Shown in pieces: positions 20,909 through 30,467 of a DNA stretch of 64,000 bases. The translations under genes were made by a program, and so were the position numbers. Below the pieces are notes generated by a model. That model ran no database searches and was not told where the DNA came from. It was given only the letters and a program-made list of their open reading frames with translations. This stretch comes from Candidatus Thorarchaeota archaeon (GTDB lineage Archaea; Asgardarchaeota; Thorarchaeia; Thorarchaeales; Thorarchaeaceae). Every line of letters starts with the position of its first letter. Position 1 is the stretch's first letter. The stretch spans positions 1-64,000 of the forward strand of contig DXJO01000052.1 in NCBI GenBank assembly GCA_019057475.1, written 5' to 3'.

Positions 20909-23023
20909 TTATGGTATTCGCCCTCGTCTTTCTGCAATGGTGAGTACCCCAATAAAACCGATGACTGTCCCTACCATTGAACATACAAAGATGAAAACGA
21001 CTTCTGCAACTAGGTCTCTTGAGATTATAGTGTCATTGGGCAATGGAGTTGTTTCTACCACTTCTGCAATCTCCCAGATTCCGTAGAATCCTCCAGCCCT
21101 ATATATCATACCAGAAGTGAAGTTGACTAGCAAGTCCCCTGGCTCTTGGTACACAGCAGAATGATACCTGCCGGTGAAGGCCGTTGGAACTGCAATATTC
21201 AAGATAGGAGTTATGGACCCATCGACACATACTCTATACTTCATGACATACGAAGCATTGGCTGTATATAGTAAATCATCCTCCACACACATAACATCTG
21301 CGAGAAGAGTTGTCTTCGCAATAAGCTCAGGTGGCGGCATATCTGACCAATCTAGGAACAGTCTGAACACAGACAACTCCTGACCATCCAATACAAACAG
21401 GCTATCATTGCTTACTCTTAGCATAATGAGGTCTGTAGAGAAGTCCATGTTGAACGAAGCCCACTTCAATGTGCTGAGGTTAATTAAGAGCAGGTCGCTT
21501 GTACTCGCGGCGCAGTATAGATCTCCATTGCATTCATGATGCGAGAACCAAGAACTAGAAGCGCCATCGATTTTCAATACTAGCTCTTTCTCGAGGGAAA
21601 CAACCGACTCATTTCCAGAATCAACAATCTTCCATCTCCACAGAGTCGCTGAACGCCTACCCCCGCGAACTCTATAGATAGAGTCGCCATAAGCCTGATA
21701 TTCAGAACCTGGGTGAGTCAGTTCGTAATTGCCATGAACTGGAGGAAGGTTCAATCGTTCCTGTACAGGCTCGTAGAATGGCATCGGTTCGAACCCCTCA
21801 AAAAAGAAGGCATGCGAATCAACTACTTTGATGTCCTCAATGTACCCAACTACAGGTATGGCTGAGTGAACCACTGGATAGCCCCAAGTGTGAGCCATTG
21901 TCACAATGGGGTCTCTCACAGACGGAGCAAATGCTAGGTCCGAAATGTAACCACGGAAGCAGAGATTCTGAACTAGATTGGGGGCCAATGTGTCTATACT
22001 CCAGATGTCGACGAAATTTGAACCCATTCCTGCGATTGCGAGATCAGTATTGAAAATTCTCCTGTACGAGAGAAATCCAGAATAGCGGTCCTCATCAAAG
22101 ACCCTTACTATTGAGATATCGTGTGAATCCGTTGTGTTCAATACGATAAAACCGCTGACACATTCCGGATTGTTCAGACAAGTTGTACGGAGATACAGAT
22201 ACTTGGAATTCCAAGACACGCAAGAACCCGCCATGCCGTGTTGGAGGAATGCCCTCCTTTGAGAGCCAGTACCATCCAGCACCTCCGACAGGTCGGTTAT
22301 CTCGAAGTGAAGCTCCAGGAAATCATCCCAACCCCACCACGCGAGAAGTGGTCCATTAAGCTTGAACCAGTTCGGGAAGGGGTACAATGAAACCCACCTT
22401 ATGACATACGGATTATACGGGTTGGAGAGATTCCATACGTTGAAGCTCCAGTTGAAGTTGGTAATGACATAGCAGGAATCAACAGAGAAGTCGCTCCCGA
22501 GAAGCTCATTGGCCGGCACAAGGTTCTCGTTTGCAATTGCGACAATCTGGATGTTTCCAGTTTCCTCGTTCTTCACGCAGATGAATCCATCGCCAAACTC
22601 AGGTTGGGTCCATGCAGTACCGTTCGTGAAGTGGTCCAAGAGTTCAAGAGAACCGGTTTCATCGATTCGAAGTAGAATTAAGCCCTGTGACTGGCAAGTC
22701 CCCACCAATAGTCCGTCTTCGGAAGCTACCAGCTCAACGATGAAGGCAGGCAGCTGAAACCCTCTGACTTGGTCAGTGCCCCTAGTTCTCACTTCAATCA
22801 CGTTGCCGAGAGCCAGTAGAACCCAGTCGTCCAACAGAACCACGCTAGACGGTTGCCCCGCAACACGATCTATAACCTCTAACTTTGATTCATCGATATC
22901 GTTCTGTGGCGTGAATGTGTCCCCGCTTTGGATGATAGAGGCAGCTGAGAGCATTCCAAACATGGAGAAGACAAGCATGGTTGCGACTAGGAATGCAACC
23001 ACTTCTAGCCGCAGCTGCCTCAT
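20909..23023 (-). CDS. Surface protein with signal peptide, beta-rich (propeller-like) body and C-terminal TM anchor
   Basis: Hydrophobic N- and C-termini, LVIVD-like segments (WNLSNPYNP), multiple NxS/T sequons. Confidence 0.7.
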   Translation of the reverse strand: MRQLRLEVVAFLVATMLVFSMFGMLSAASIIQSGDTFTPQNDIDESKLEVIDRVAGQPSSVVLLDDWVLLALGNVIEVRTRGTDQVRGFQLPAFIVELVASEDGLLVGTCQSQGLILLRIDETGSLELLDHFTNGTAWTQPEFGDGFICVKNEETGNIQIVAIANENLVPANELLGSDFSVDSCYVITNFNWSFNVWNLSNPYNPYVIRWVSLYPFPNWFKLNGPLLAWWGWDDFLELHFEITDLSEVLDGTGSQRRAFLQHGMAGSCVSWNSKYLYLRTTCLNNPECVSGFIVLNTTDSHDISIVRVFDEDRYSGFLSYRRIFNTDLAIAGMGSNFVDIWSIDTLAPNLVQNLCFRGYISDLAFAPSVRDPIVTMAHTWGYPVVHSAIPVVGYIEDIKVVDSHAFFFEGFEPMPFYEPVQERLNLPPVHGNYELTHPGSEYQAYGDSIYRVRGGRRSATLWRWKIVDSGNESVVSLEKELVLKIDGASSSWFSHHECNGDLYCAASTSDLLLINLSTLKWASFNMDFSTDLIMLRVSNDSLFVLDGQELSVFRLFLDWSDMPPPELIAKTTLLADVMCVEDDLLYTANASYVMKYRVCVDGSITPILNIAVPTAFTGRYHSAVYQEPGDLLVNFTSGMIYRAGGFYGIWEIAEVVETTPLPNDTIISRDLVAEVVFIFVCSMVGTVIGFIGVLTIAERRGRIP

Positions 23024-23130
23024 CGCAGATAATCACATCCTAACGCAATATGGAATGGGGGATTATGGAACCTTCGATAATAGCATTCTTGTGTGCATAT
23101 TCAAATCCGAAAAGACTTCTGCCTAAACGA

Positions 23131-24231
23131 TAGTGAGCCCGGCGAGATTTGAAAGCTTCTCAACACCTCAATCAATGATGGCCTAAGCCATGGACCTACT
23201 TCTAAGATACTCTATTAACTCTTCAACAAGTTCAAATATTCCAGAGGGGATTTTGTCCTTTGAGATTCTTCAACAACTTGACTATTTTGGATATCCCGGT
23301 CTTGTTTCATTTCCTCTCGACGAAACAGGCCATTTGTATTCCTCTTTTTGAAAGTCAGTTGGAGTATGACAATTATGACACAGAGTAGTAAGTAACTGAT
23401 CTGGATAGTCACTTGGGTCATTTCCCTCATAAATCCAGTCCGCTAGTTTCTTCACATGGTGGACTCCCATTAGGGGAACCTCATCTCTGTGGAATCCACA
23501 ACCTTGACAAGTATGATTGTTTCTCTTTTGAATCTCTTTCGATTTTCTCCTCCATTCTCCAGTGTTTCTATAGGCTGCAGCCAAATCTATTGCTTTTTGG
23601 TACCAACCGGGATTCTTTGGATTTGATGCAAAGTCACGCCATGTTTTACCATCCTTGGTCTGAGGTTCATCTTTTCGCCCAATTCCTCTCTTAGTGTCTG
23701 AAATTTTCTTCCTTGTTTGCGCTGAAATCTCATGTCCTTTGAGTCTTTGACTGTGAAATGCTGCTTGACATCGTTTGCCACAGAAAGCATATTCACTCTT
23801 TTTCTTGCGCCCAGTTCTTACCGGAAAATGGTCATCACAGTTACCACACTTATACCACAACAGTGAGGATTTATTTCGTCCTCCCCTAAAATTGCGAATA
23901 GGAGGGAGTGGAATCACCTTGACTGGACCTGTTGGTGCCCGTTTGGGAAGAATGATAGGTACTGCTCTCTTCTTCTCCTTTTTGCAAATGATTCTCCTTT
24001 TCCTGTCTTTTGGTGGATATTTGTCATAGTAAGGATTCTCACTGCTAGATCCTCCTGACAAGGGTCAATCCTCCAGCTTCGGAAACCCCTTACTCCACTC
24101 CTGCATCTCGTTTCTCCTGCAAGGTTTCTTTTCTCACATTTAGTTGAATTTGTTATCTTTTGTACTCCTACAACTAATAAAAGTGCGAAAAGACAGAAGG
24201 GATTCTTATGGTGGGCCCGGGGCGATTTGAA
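23131..24231. mobile_element. Small tRNA-integrated islet carrying an HNH gene
   Basis: 23131-23153 repeats the tRNA 3' end (24209-24231) at 19/23 in the same orientation; the interior is visibly AT-richer. Confidence 0.6.
23282..24061 (-). CDS. HNH endonuclease with zinc-binding and NUMOD3-like motifs
   Basis: CGNC...FCGKRC, HEISAQTRKKISDTKRG, CQGCG...VHH...TLCHNCH. Confidence 0.8.
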   Translation of the reverse strand: MSGGSSSENPYYDKYPPKDRKRRIICKKEKKRAVPIILPKRAPTGPVKVIPLPPIRNFRGGRNKSSLLWYKCGNCDDHFPVRTGRKKKSEYAFCGKRCQAAFHSQRLKGHEISAQTRKKISDTKRGIGRKDEPQTKDGKTWRDFASNPKNPGWYQKAIDLAAAYRNTGEWRRKSKEIQKRNNHTCQGCGFHRDEVPLMGVHHVKKLADWIYEGNDPSDYPDQLLTTLCHNCHTPTDFQKEEYKWPVSSRGNETRPGYPK

Positions 24232-24315
24232 CGCCCGACCGCTCCCCTGCCCAATGGAAGTCATTGGACATACAGGTTATGAGCCTGGTGCTCTACCAAG
24301 CTGAGCTACGGGCCC
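24209..24315 (-). tRNA. tRNA(CAT), probably tRNA-Ile2, with a 30-nt non-canonical intron (~24242-24271)
   Basis: GGGCCCG acceptor stem typical of Ile, CCAGG-CTCATAA-CCTG, inserted hairpin, GGGCG-TTCAAAT-CGCCC, encoded CCA. Confidence 0.88.
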
Positions 24316-24465
24316 TTGCCGCAAGGCCTGTGCAATTCCTTTGGGATATTAACATTGCGAAATCTGGATGACTGCATACTACTATGGTTGGTAGGTATGT
24401 AGCCCGGAACCCTTTGAAATAGATATTCGACTTAGTGGATTGCAAGTGAACTTCTACCTTAGGTT

Positions 24466-25188
24466 GTGCATGGCTTGAACCGAAAGCAGTTAGCAGTGCG
24501 ATTCTCCTCTACAATTGCCACAATTGGGTTGTATCTCCCAATACTTGCAGGCATAGTCACTCCCATGCTGTGGTTACTCCCAGCATGGTATACTGCATGG
24601 AATGTTGTAGGTTTCATTTTCCCTTTCTCAGATATCTGGGGAGGACTGTGGCTGCCATTTTCGGGAGAATCGCCATTTCCGTCAGTTCTATCTCTGCCAA
24701 TCTGGTTGATTGAGGTGACACTTTTCCTAGGAGGGCTTGGCATATCTGTCTGGGCGTTGAGGGAACTGGTAGTGAAGCATGTTGAGGGATGTGGTCTTGT
24801 TACAACTGGTCCATATAGATGGACTCGACATCCACAGCATCTTGGGATTATTCTCTTCCTACTACCAACTGCACTCTTTAACCCTACACACTCCTCCTAT
24901 CTGTCAGGGATTAGACCAGGAAACATACTCTCCTGGTCGTTGATTTCTTTCTTGCTTCTCATTGTGGCGGATTGGGAAGAAATCCGCCTGAAAACAGTGT
25001 ACGGACAGGAATTCGAAGATTACATATCGCGTACAGCCTTCATTCTTCCTGGCTTGAAACTTCCTTCCAAACTTAGGGATGTTAAGAACAAACTAATACT
25101 GTACGTTGTACTCTTTGCTATATACTGGATGTTGATGACGCTAGTGCTGATTGCATTCACACAAGTTCAACTCGAGTGGACTCTCTAG
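24466..25188 (+). CDS. ICMT/PEMT family membrane methyltransferase
   Basis: LVTTGPYRWTRHPQH, EE..L..YG..F..Y. Confidence 0.8.
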   Translation: MHGLNRKQLAVRFSSTIATIGLYLPILAGIVTPMLWLLPAWYTAWNVVGFIFPFSDIWGGLWLPFSGESPFPSVLSLPIWLIEVTLFLGGLGISVWALRELVVKHVEGCGLVTTGPYRWTRHPQHLGIILFLLPTALFNPTHSSYLSGIRPGNILSWSLISFLLLIVADWEEIRLKTVYGQEFEDYISRTAFILPGLKLPSKLRDVKNKLILYVVLFAIYWMLMTLVLIAFTQVQLEWTL

Positions 25189-25416
25189 AGAGCAATCTCA
25201 CAGTTGAGTATGAAGCAGAAGGTATGCGATTGACCAACAGGTCGTGAGGACTTACGTCCCATACTGTCATGATTGCTGAACATCCATTCCTCTGTTGACT
25301 CTGGCGCCACATGAACAGACTGAACCTAGTAAAACCCACACGAAGTCGACGCTGTATTCCTCCGACCTTAAATGATACAATCGTAACAACGAGGAAAGTC
25401 GCTTGGGGCATAAAGG

Positions 25417-25836
25417 ATGATACTACTGTTCACCTCTCCGCAATGTGCTTGGTGTGATGTCGTCAAGGACATGGTGGAAACCGAATGTGACAGTATTGGG
25501 GAAACCACTAGACTACACGAAATCGACGTAGAGAGGCATACGCATATCGCAGAAACATATGGCGTATTGACGGTACCGACTCTCGTATCCGGGTCCCACT
25601 CGCTATCCGGTGTCCCTTGCTCTGATGATCTTCGTTCGTTCCTGTTTCAGTCCATTGCTGGCAGACCTCTGAACGAGGATGAGGATGCAAGATCAGTTTT
25701 GAGGTCCGCCAGACACAAGAAACATCAATCCAACGGACGCAGACCACAGGTTAAGGCTAATTCGTTTCTGCGCGAGAAGGGGCGTGATAAAGAACGCACC
25801 TGCACCGAGCCATCTGAGATGTCTTGTCGACACTGA
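25417..25836 (+). CDS. Thioredoxin family protein
   Basis: FTSPQCAWC, YGVLTVPT. Confidence 0.8.
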   Translation: MILLFTSPQCAWCDVVKDMVETECDSIGETTRLHEIDVERHTHIAETYGVLTVPTLVSGSHSLSGVPCSDDLRSFLFQSIAGRPLNEDEDARSVLRSARHKKHQSNGRRPQVKANSFLREKGRDKERTCTEPSEMSCRH

Positions 25837-25892
25837 GAAGCGCTCCGCGGCATAATCTTAATAACTGCTCTGCAGGCTGCACGCCTTACGAC

Positions 25893-25970
25893 GCCCCGGT
25901 AGTGTAGTCCGGCCCAGCATCTAGGCCTTTCGAGTCTATGACCCGGGTTCAAATCCCGGCCGGGGCACCA
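25893..25970 (+). tRNA. tRNA-Glu(TTC)
   Basis: GCCCCGG acceptor stem, TAGGC-CTTTCGA-GTCTA, CCGGG-TTCAAAT-CCCGG, encoded CCA. Confidence 0.96.
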
Positions 25971-25982
25971 TGTACTTCTTGA

Positions 25983-26864
25983 CTATGCAAAAGTCAGTCT
26001 CATATTGAAGTTGGAAGCGTCGTATGAGTGCGTTAATGCTCCTGAGGACACAATGTCGACTCCGCTCTGTGCATAGTCTTTCACATTGCTCTCATCTATT
26101 CCCCCAGATGCCTCTAGGATCACTTTTTCTCGCCAGCCCTTCTTGGTCAGTGCATTGTTCACCTTCGCGATATCCTCGGGTTTGAAATTGTCCAGCAAAA
26201 CTATGTCAGCCCCTGCCTCAACAGCCTCCATAGCTTCCTTGAGATTTCTCACCTCACAAGAGATTTTCTTGCTGAATGATACTGCACCTCTTGCTGCTAT
26301 GACGGCTTTTCTCACTCCTCCTACTGCCGCGATGTGGTTATTCTTTATCAACACCATGTCATCGAGCGCATACCGGTGAGGATCGCCTCCACCAACTTGG
26401 ACGGCCCGTTTCTCGAAGTATCGAAAACCAGGAGTGGTCTTTCTTGTTGCAGCAACGATCAAGGCGGGATTTCCTTCTCTCGCAGTTTCCACCATTCGGT
26501 GCACTTTGGTGGCAATTCCGCTCATTCGCATGATTATGTTTAGGCAGACCCTTTCGACAGTGAGCAGTGTCCCAGCAGGTCCTTTCAGGCGGATGACAGG
26601 CTCGTCTGGTCCCACCCATTTACCCTCATCAGCAAGCACCTCGCAGGCGAGTCCAGTAATTTCAGCTATTGCATCAATCTCAATCGCGCCAGCCAAGATA
26701 GCTTTACTTCTTGCGAATATCGTGCCCGTTCCAAGTGTCATTGGCTGACCTATGGCCTTCGTGGTCAGGTCGCCAGATCTGATATCCTCCTCAAGGTATT
26801 CCTTCAGCGCTTTCATTACTGCTGGCGATGGTCTGTTCATCATATTCACACTCGCTGTTAGCAT
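25983..26864 (-). CDS. nadC: Quinolinate phosphoribosyltransferase
   Basis: MSGIAT, ATRKTTPG, HRYAL, VLLDN, EASGGI. Confidence 0.96.
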   Translation of the reverse strand: MLTASVNMMNRPSPAVMKALKEYLEEDIRSGDLTTKAIGQPMTLGTGTIFARSKAILAGAIEIDAIAEITGLACEVLADEGKWVGPDEPVIRLKGPAGTLLTVERVCLNIIMRMSGIATKVHRMVETAREGNPALIVAATRKTTPGFRYFEKRAVQVGGGDPHRYALDDMVLIKNNHIAAVGGVRKAVIAARGAVSFSKKISCEVRNLKEAMEAVEAGADIVLLDNFKPEDIAKVNNALTKKGWREKVILEASGGIDESNVKDYAQSGVDIVSSGALTHSYDASNFNMRLTFA

Positions 26865-27487
26865 CTTGGGTGACTGGGGTTTCTAATCACGGTTCCGTGT
26901 GGTGATTCTTCTCCGAAAATCTCTGCCTGGAATGACATGAACTCGGTTTGCGAGTCTTTCCACGCGTCAACAAGTAGCCCTGCCTTGTTGCATGTGTGCT
27001 TCAGATACTCCTCTACGCTCCACCCCCAATCGACCGGGACTTGCGGGAGCAGAAGTCCGCGCCACATACCTCTAGATGCTATGAGGCCGTCGCGCCCGAC
27101 CTCCACCAACTCTAGGAGTTTCATTGGATCATCATACTCAATTTTCACAGGAGGCGTCAGAACGCTGAGCTCAACTAGAATCACGTCCAGCTCCTTCGGT
27201 TCAACTGGGGTGAAGCGTGGGTCGCGTGTAGCGGAATCGACAGCGGAGTCTATCGTGGCACCGATTAAAGGCTGGGTCGGATATGGCTGGCCGATGCATC
27301 CTCTTAGAGAAACACTATCTCCTTTGATGGAGTTAAGGGTCACAAAGACCCCGGATTCTTTCCACAGGTGCTCAGGAGCGTCCTGGGGAGGTTGTGCTTT
27401 CCTCTGATGCAGTACAATCTCATCCACAGTCTGTCTTGCCAGTTCGACTAGGAGTTTGCCATCATCATCAGAGTAAACATGGGTCAT
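26858..27487 (-). CDS. AMMECR1 domain protein
   Basis: GVFVTL, LRGCIG, DPRF, GLLLPQV. Confidence 0.93.
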   Translation of the reverse strand: MTHVYSDDDGKLLVELARQTVDEIVLHQRKAQPPQDAPEHLWKESGVFVTLNSIKGDSVSLRGCIGQPYPTQPLIGATIDSAVDSATRDPRFTPVEPKELDVILVELSVLTPPVKIEYDDPMKLLELVEVGRDGLIASRGMWRGLLLPQVPVDWGWSVEEYLKHTCNKAGLLVDAWKDSQTEFMSFQAEIFGEESPHGTVIRNPSHPRC

Positions 27488-27525
27488 ACAGCATCAACTC
27501 AGGTATCCCCATCCTCTAAACGCGG

Positions 27526-28842
27526 TTATGTCTTTCGCACAGGAACCCTTCCTGCAACTCCGGGGCCGATGAGAAACTGACCGTAGTTATAGACCAGATC
27601 GCCTCCAACAAACGTCATGACCGGTGTGGCCCGGACCTGTCGCCCTTCAAATGGAGTGACTTTGGCCTTTGAATGGAAGAAAGCACCACAAATTACCGAT
27701 TCCTCTTTCTTGACGATGCAAATGTCCGCGTCATAGCCTTTGGCGAGGACTCCCTTAGAGCCAAGCTTGAGTATATGGGCTGGTGCCGAACAACAACACC
27801 TCAAATACTCAACCCATGAAAGTCGCCCCTCTAGGACTTCTGTCAACATGAGGGGTACAGTTGTTTCTAGCCCGGGTATCCCTGATGATGCTTCGAGAAA
27901 CGTGGCTCTTTTCTCCTGTTCCGTGTGAGGTGCATGATCAGAGGCAACACAGTCAATCACACATTGATGGAGGGCTTTCTGCAATGCCTTGTTATCATGA
28001 GGTGACCTAAGAGGTGGTAGCATCTTGGCTGCGCCGTCAGTGTGTGTAAAATCACCTCCTGCTAGAAACAGATGATGAGGTGCAACTTCGGCCGTCAGGA
28101 GGTCCTCAGCCCTATGCTTTTCTATTGTTCTCACGGATGACGCACAGCTAACGTGACAAATGTGCAATCTGCCGCCAACTTCTGACTGTGCAGCCAGGAA
28201 CTGCTGAATCGAATCCCCCTCACTCTCGCAGGTGTGCTGCTTCAGGAATGCATCAAGGGTTTTTGATGAGGAACGTTTTCCACCAGTTTCAGGATGTAGT
28301 AAGAGCGGGATACCATGTTCTTCTGACAGCTTCAAGCAGGCATGTATTCGTTTTTGATTGTATGAAATGCCCTTGATTATTGGCGAATGTGGGTACACTT
28401 TGAACCCCAGAATGTCGGGCACTATCTGCCCATCGAAGTCTGATGATTTCCTTGGTATTCCGGAATAGAAGCCCACGTTAACAAATCGCTTCTCTTTTGC
28501 TCTATCCACTTTCTCTTCTAGGCTATCACGATCAAGTGTAGGAGGGTTGGAATTGGGCATGTCAACTACCGTAGTCACACCGCCTGCAGCGGCAGCTCTC
28601 GTGCCTGTTGCGAAGTCCTCCTTGTCAGAATTATCTAGGTCTCTTAGATGAACGTGGATGTCAATTGCACCAGGAAGGATATAGAGGTCTTCACAGTCTA
28701 TCACTTGCTGGGCTGGTGGTTCACTCCCCGGACTATAAATCCCCTCAATTTCGCCAAGATACAGAGCAACAGCTTTTCGCGCTGGCTCCCCCTCGACAAT
28801 AACCAGACCATTCTTCAGGAGGTAGTCCACAGTCATACGCAA
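27526..28842 (-). CDS. pyrC: Dihydroorotase family amidohydrolase
   Basis: DIHVHLR, AGGVTTVVDMPN, PHHL, SDHAPH. Confidence 0.85.
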   Translation of the reverse strand: MRMTVDYLLKNGLVIVEGEPARKAVALYLGEIEGIYSPGSEPPAQQVIDCEDLYILPGAIDIHVHLRDLDNSDKEDFATGTRAAAAGGVTTVVDMPNSNPPTLDRDSLEEKVDRAKEKRFVNVGFYSGIPRKSSDFDGQIVPDILGFKVYPHSPIIKGISYNQKRIHACLKLSEEHGIPLLLHPETGGKRSSSKTLDAFLKQHTCESEGDSIQQFLAAQSEVGGRLHICHVSCASSVRTIEKHRAEDLLTAEVAPHHLFLAGGDFTHTDGAAKMLPPLRSPHDNKALQKALHQCVIDCVASDHAPHTEQEKRATFLEASSGIPGLETTVPLMLTEVLEGRLSWVEYLRCCCSAPAHILKLGSKGVLAKGYDADICIVKKEESVICGAFFHSKAKVTPFEGRQVRATPVMTFVGGDLVYNYGQFLIGPGVAGRVPVRKT

Positions 28843-28883
28843 TCAACGCCATCCCGGCTGCGTTATGACGCTGTGAGAATACC

Positions 28884-29717
28884 TTATTCAGTCTTCTCAG
28901 TGACCTTGAATTTGTTAGCCACAAAACGAGTGAAATCTGTGGCGCCGATAATCCCCATCAATCTGTTCCCTGAGCCAACAACAGGCAATGTGTTGAGATT
29001 CGCGTCAAGCATGAGTGTTACTGCTTCCTCCAACGAAGCTTCCGGAGAGGTTAGAGGTGGCTGTCTTATCATTGCGTCAACAACACGTATCTGCCTCACT
29101 TGGCTCTTACGATATTTATCGGGCACTTCCACACTAAAGCGAGCCATTGCCTTAGCCACGGCTCTCTCTGTAAGGAGTCCCAATACACGACCGCTGTCAG
29201 TGACAGGAATACCTGAGTGACCTCGAGTAAGCATCTCCATTCTTGCCTTAATCAGCCGCTCAACAGGGTTGACGACTAGGAGTTCTTCCGTTGTCATCAA
29301 ATCTTCCACTTTCACCTTTTTGAACTTCTTCACGAGCTCTGACAGGTCCTTCTTTGTTATGACGCCCACGAGCTTGCCTTCGTTGTCAAGAACAGGACAT
29401 CCGCTCATGCCCTTGTCTATCATAAGTTTGGCGACATCAGTCACGTCATCGTCAGGAGCCACGGTGATCACCGTGTCAGTCATCGCACTGGACACGTGAA
29501 GTCTTCCGATGGAAACCGCCACTACCTTGCTGACTCCCAGTCTATCTGCAATATCTGCATAGGTTAGAATCCCCTTCAGTTTTCCATTCTCGACAACAAT
29601 AAGGCGGTCTACCTTCTTCTTATCGAGTAGGTCTATTGCGTACGACAATCTCTGGTCTTTGTCAATCGTGACAGGTTTGGTCATTATTTGGCTTACCTTC
29701 ATCGCATGAATCTCCAA
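28884..29717 (-). CDS. CBS domain protein (four CBS)
   Basis: Repeated CBS motifs. Confidence 0.9.
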   Translation of the reverse strand: MEIHAMKVSQIMTKPVTIDKDQRLSYAIDLLDKKKVDRLIVVENGKLKGILTYADIADRLGVSKVVAVSIGRLHVSSAMTDTVITVAPDDDVTDVAKLMIDKGMSGCPVLDNEGKLVGVITKKDLSELVKKFKKVKVEDLMTTEELLVVNPVERLIKARMEMLTRGHSGIPVTDSGRVLGLLTERAVAKAMARFSVEVPDKYRKSQVRQIRVVDAMIRQPPLTSPEASLEEAVTLMLDANLNTLPVVGSGNRLMGIIGATDFTRFVANKFKVTEKTE

Positions 29718-29766
29718 CTTTTATGATGAGTTAATATCTGATGCAAATCAAGGAATAGTTCCTCTA

Positions 29767-30330
29767 CTACCTGCGACACTCCTCACAGATATACTCGCCG
29801 TCTGCCAGCGCCAAGTCGATGGAGTACTCTCCACACACATCGCAGACGCCTCCATAGGCGATGAGCTCGTCTTCCTCTTCTACTACTGCGGATCCTTGCT
29901 CGTTTTTGAGACGTAATGATTCCACCATGATGTCGATGAGCTCCGGAGACCAGCGCAGAATGTCTCTGGAAGTGATTATTCCGGCCAGTGAGTCATTCTT
30001 CAGGATTGCCACTCGTCGGATTCCAGCGCGTGTCATCACACGCATTGCTTCTGTGAGGGCCGTGTCAGGAGTGATATGAACTAGAGGTGAGCTCATGACC
30101 TCCTTGGCATTCGTTGTCTTTGGGTCCTTTTGTTCAGCAATGACCCGAGTGACTATGTCGGTTTCAGTTATGATGCCTACGGCACGTTCTTTATCCACAA
30201 TGATTATTGATCCGATGTCCATGCTGGCCATTGACTTTGCAACCTCAAGAACCGTGGCATCGGGTGACATTGTAATGACGTTCACAGACATGATTTCCCT
30301 GACAGGCATCATTGGTGTCGGTTCGGACAT
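29767..30330 (-). CDS. CBS pair plus C-terminal zinc ribbon
   Basis: GIITETD, CDVCG...CEEC. Confidence 0.9.
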   Translation of the reverse strand: MSEPTPMMPVREIMSVNVITMSPDATVLEVAKSMASMDIGSIIIVDKERAVGIITETDIVTRVIAEQKDPKTTNAKEVMSSPLVHITPDTALTEAMRVMTRAGIRRVAILKNDSLAGIITSRDILRWSPELIDIMVESLRLKNEQGSAVVEEEDELIAYGGVCDVCGEYSIDLALADGEYICEECRR

Positions 30331-30467
30331 TGGAATGACCTCAATTGGGCAGAAGGTTGGTTTGCCACTCTGGATGTATGTGGCTTGGAGTGCCTCTCCG
30401 GCGCACTTCTTTGGAGTGTGTTATTAAATGTGTCTGTGTTCAAGGCTGCAGAATCCACGGTGAATCC

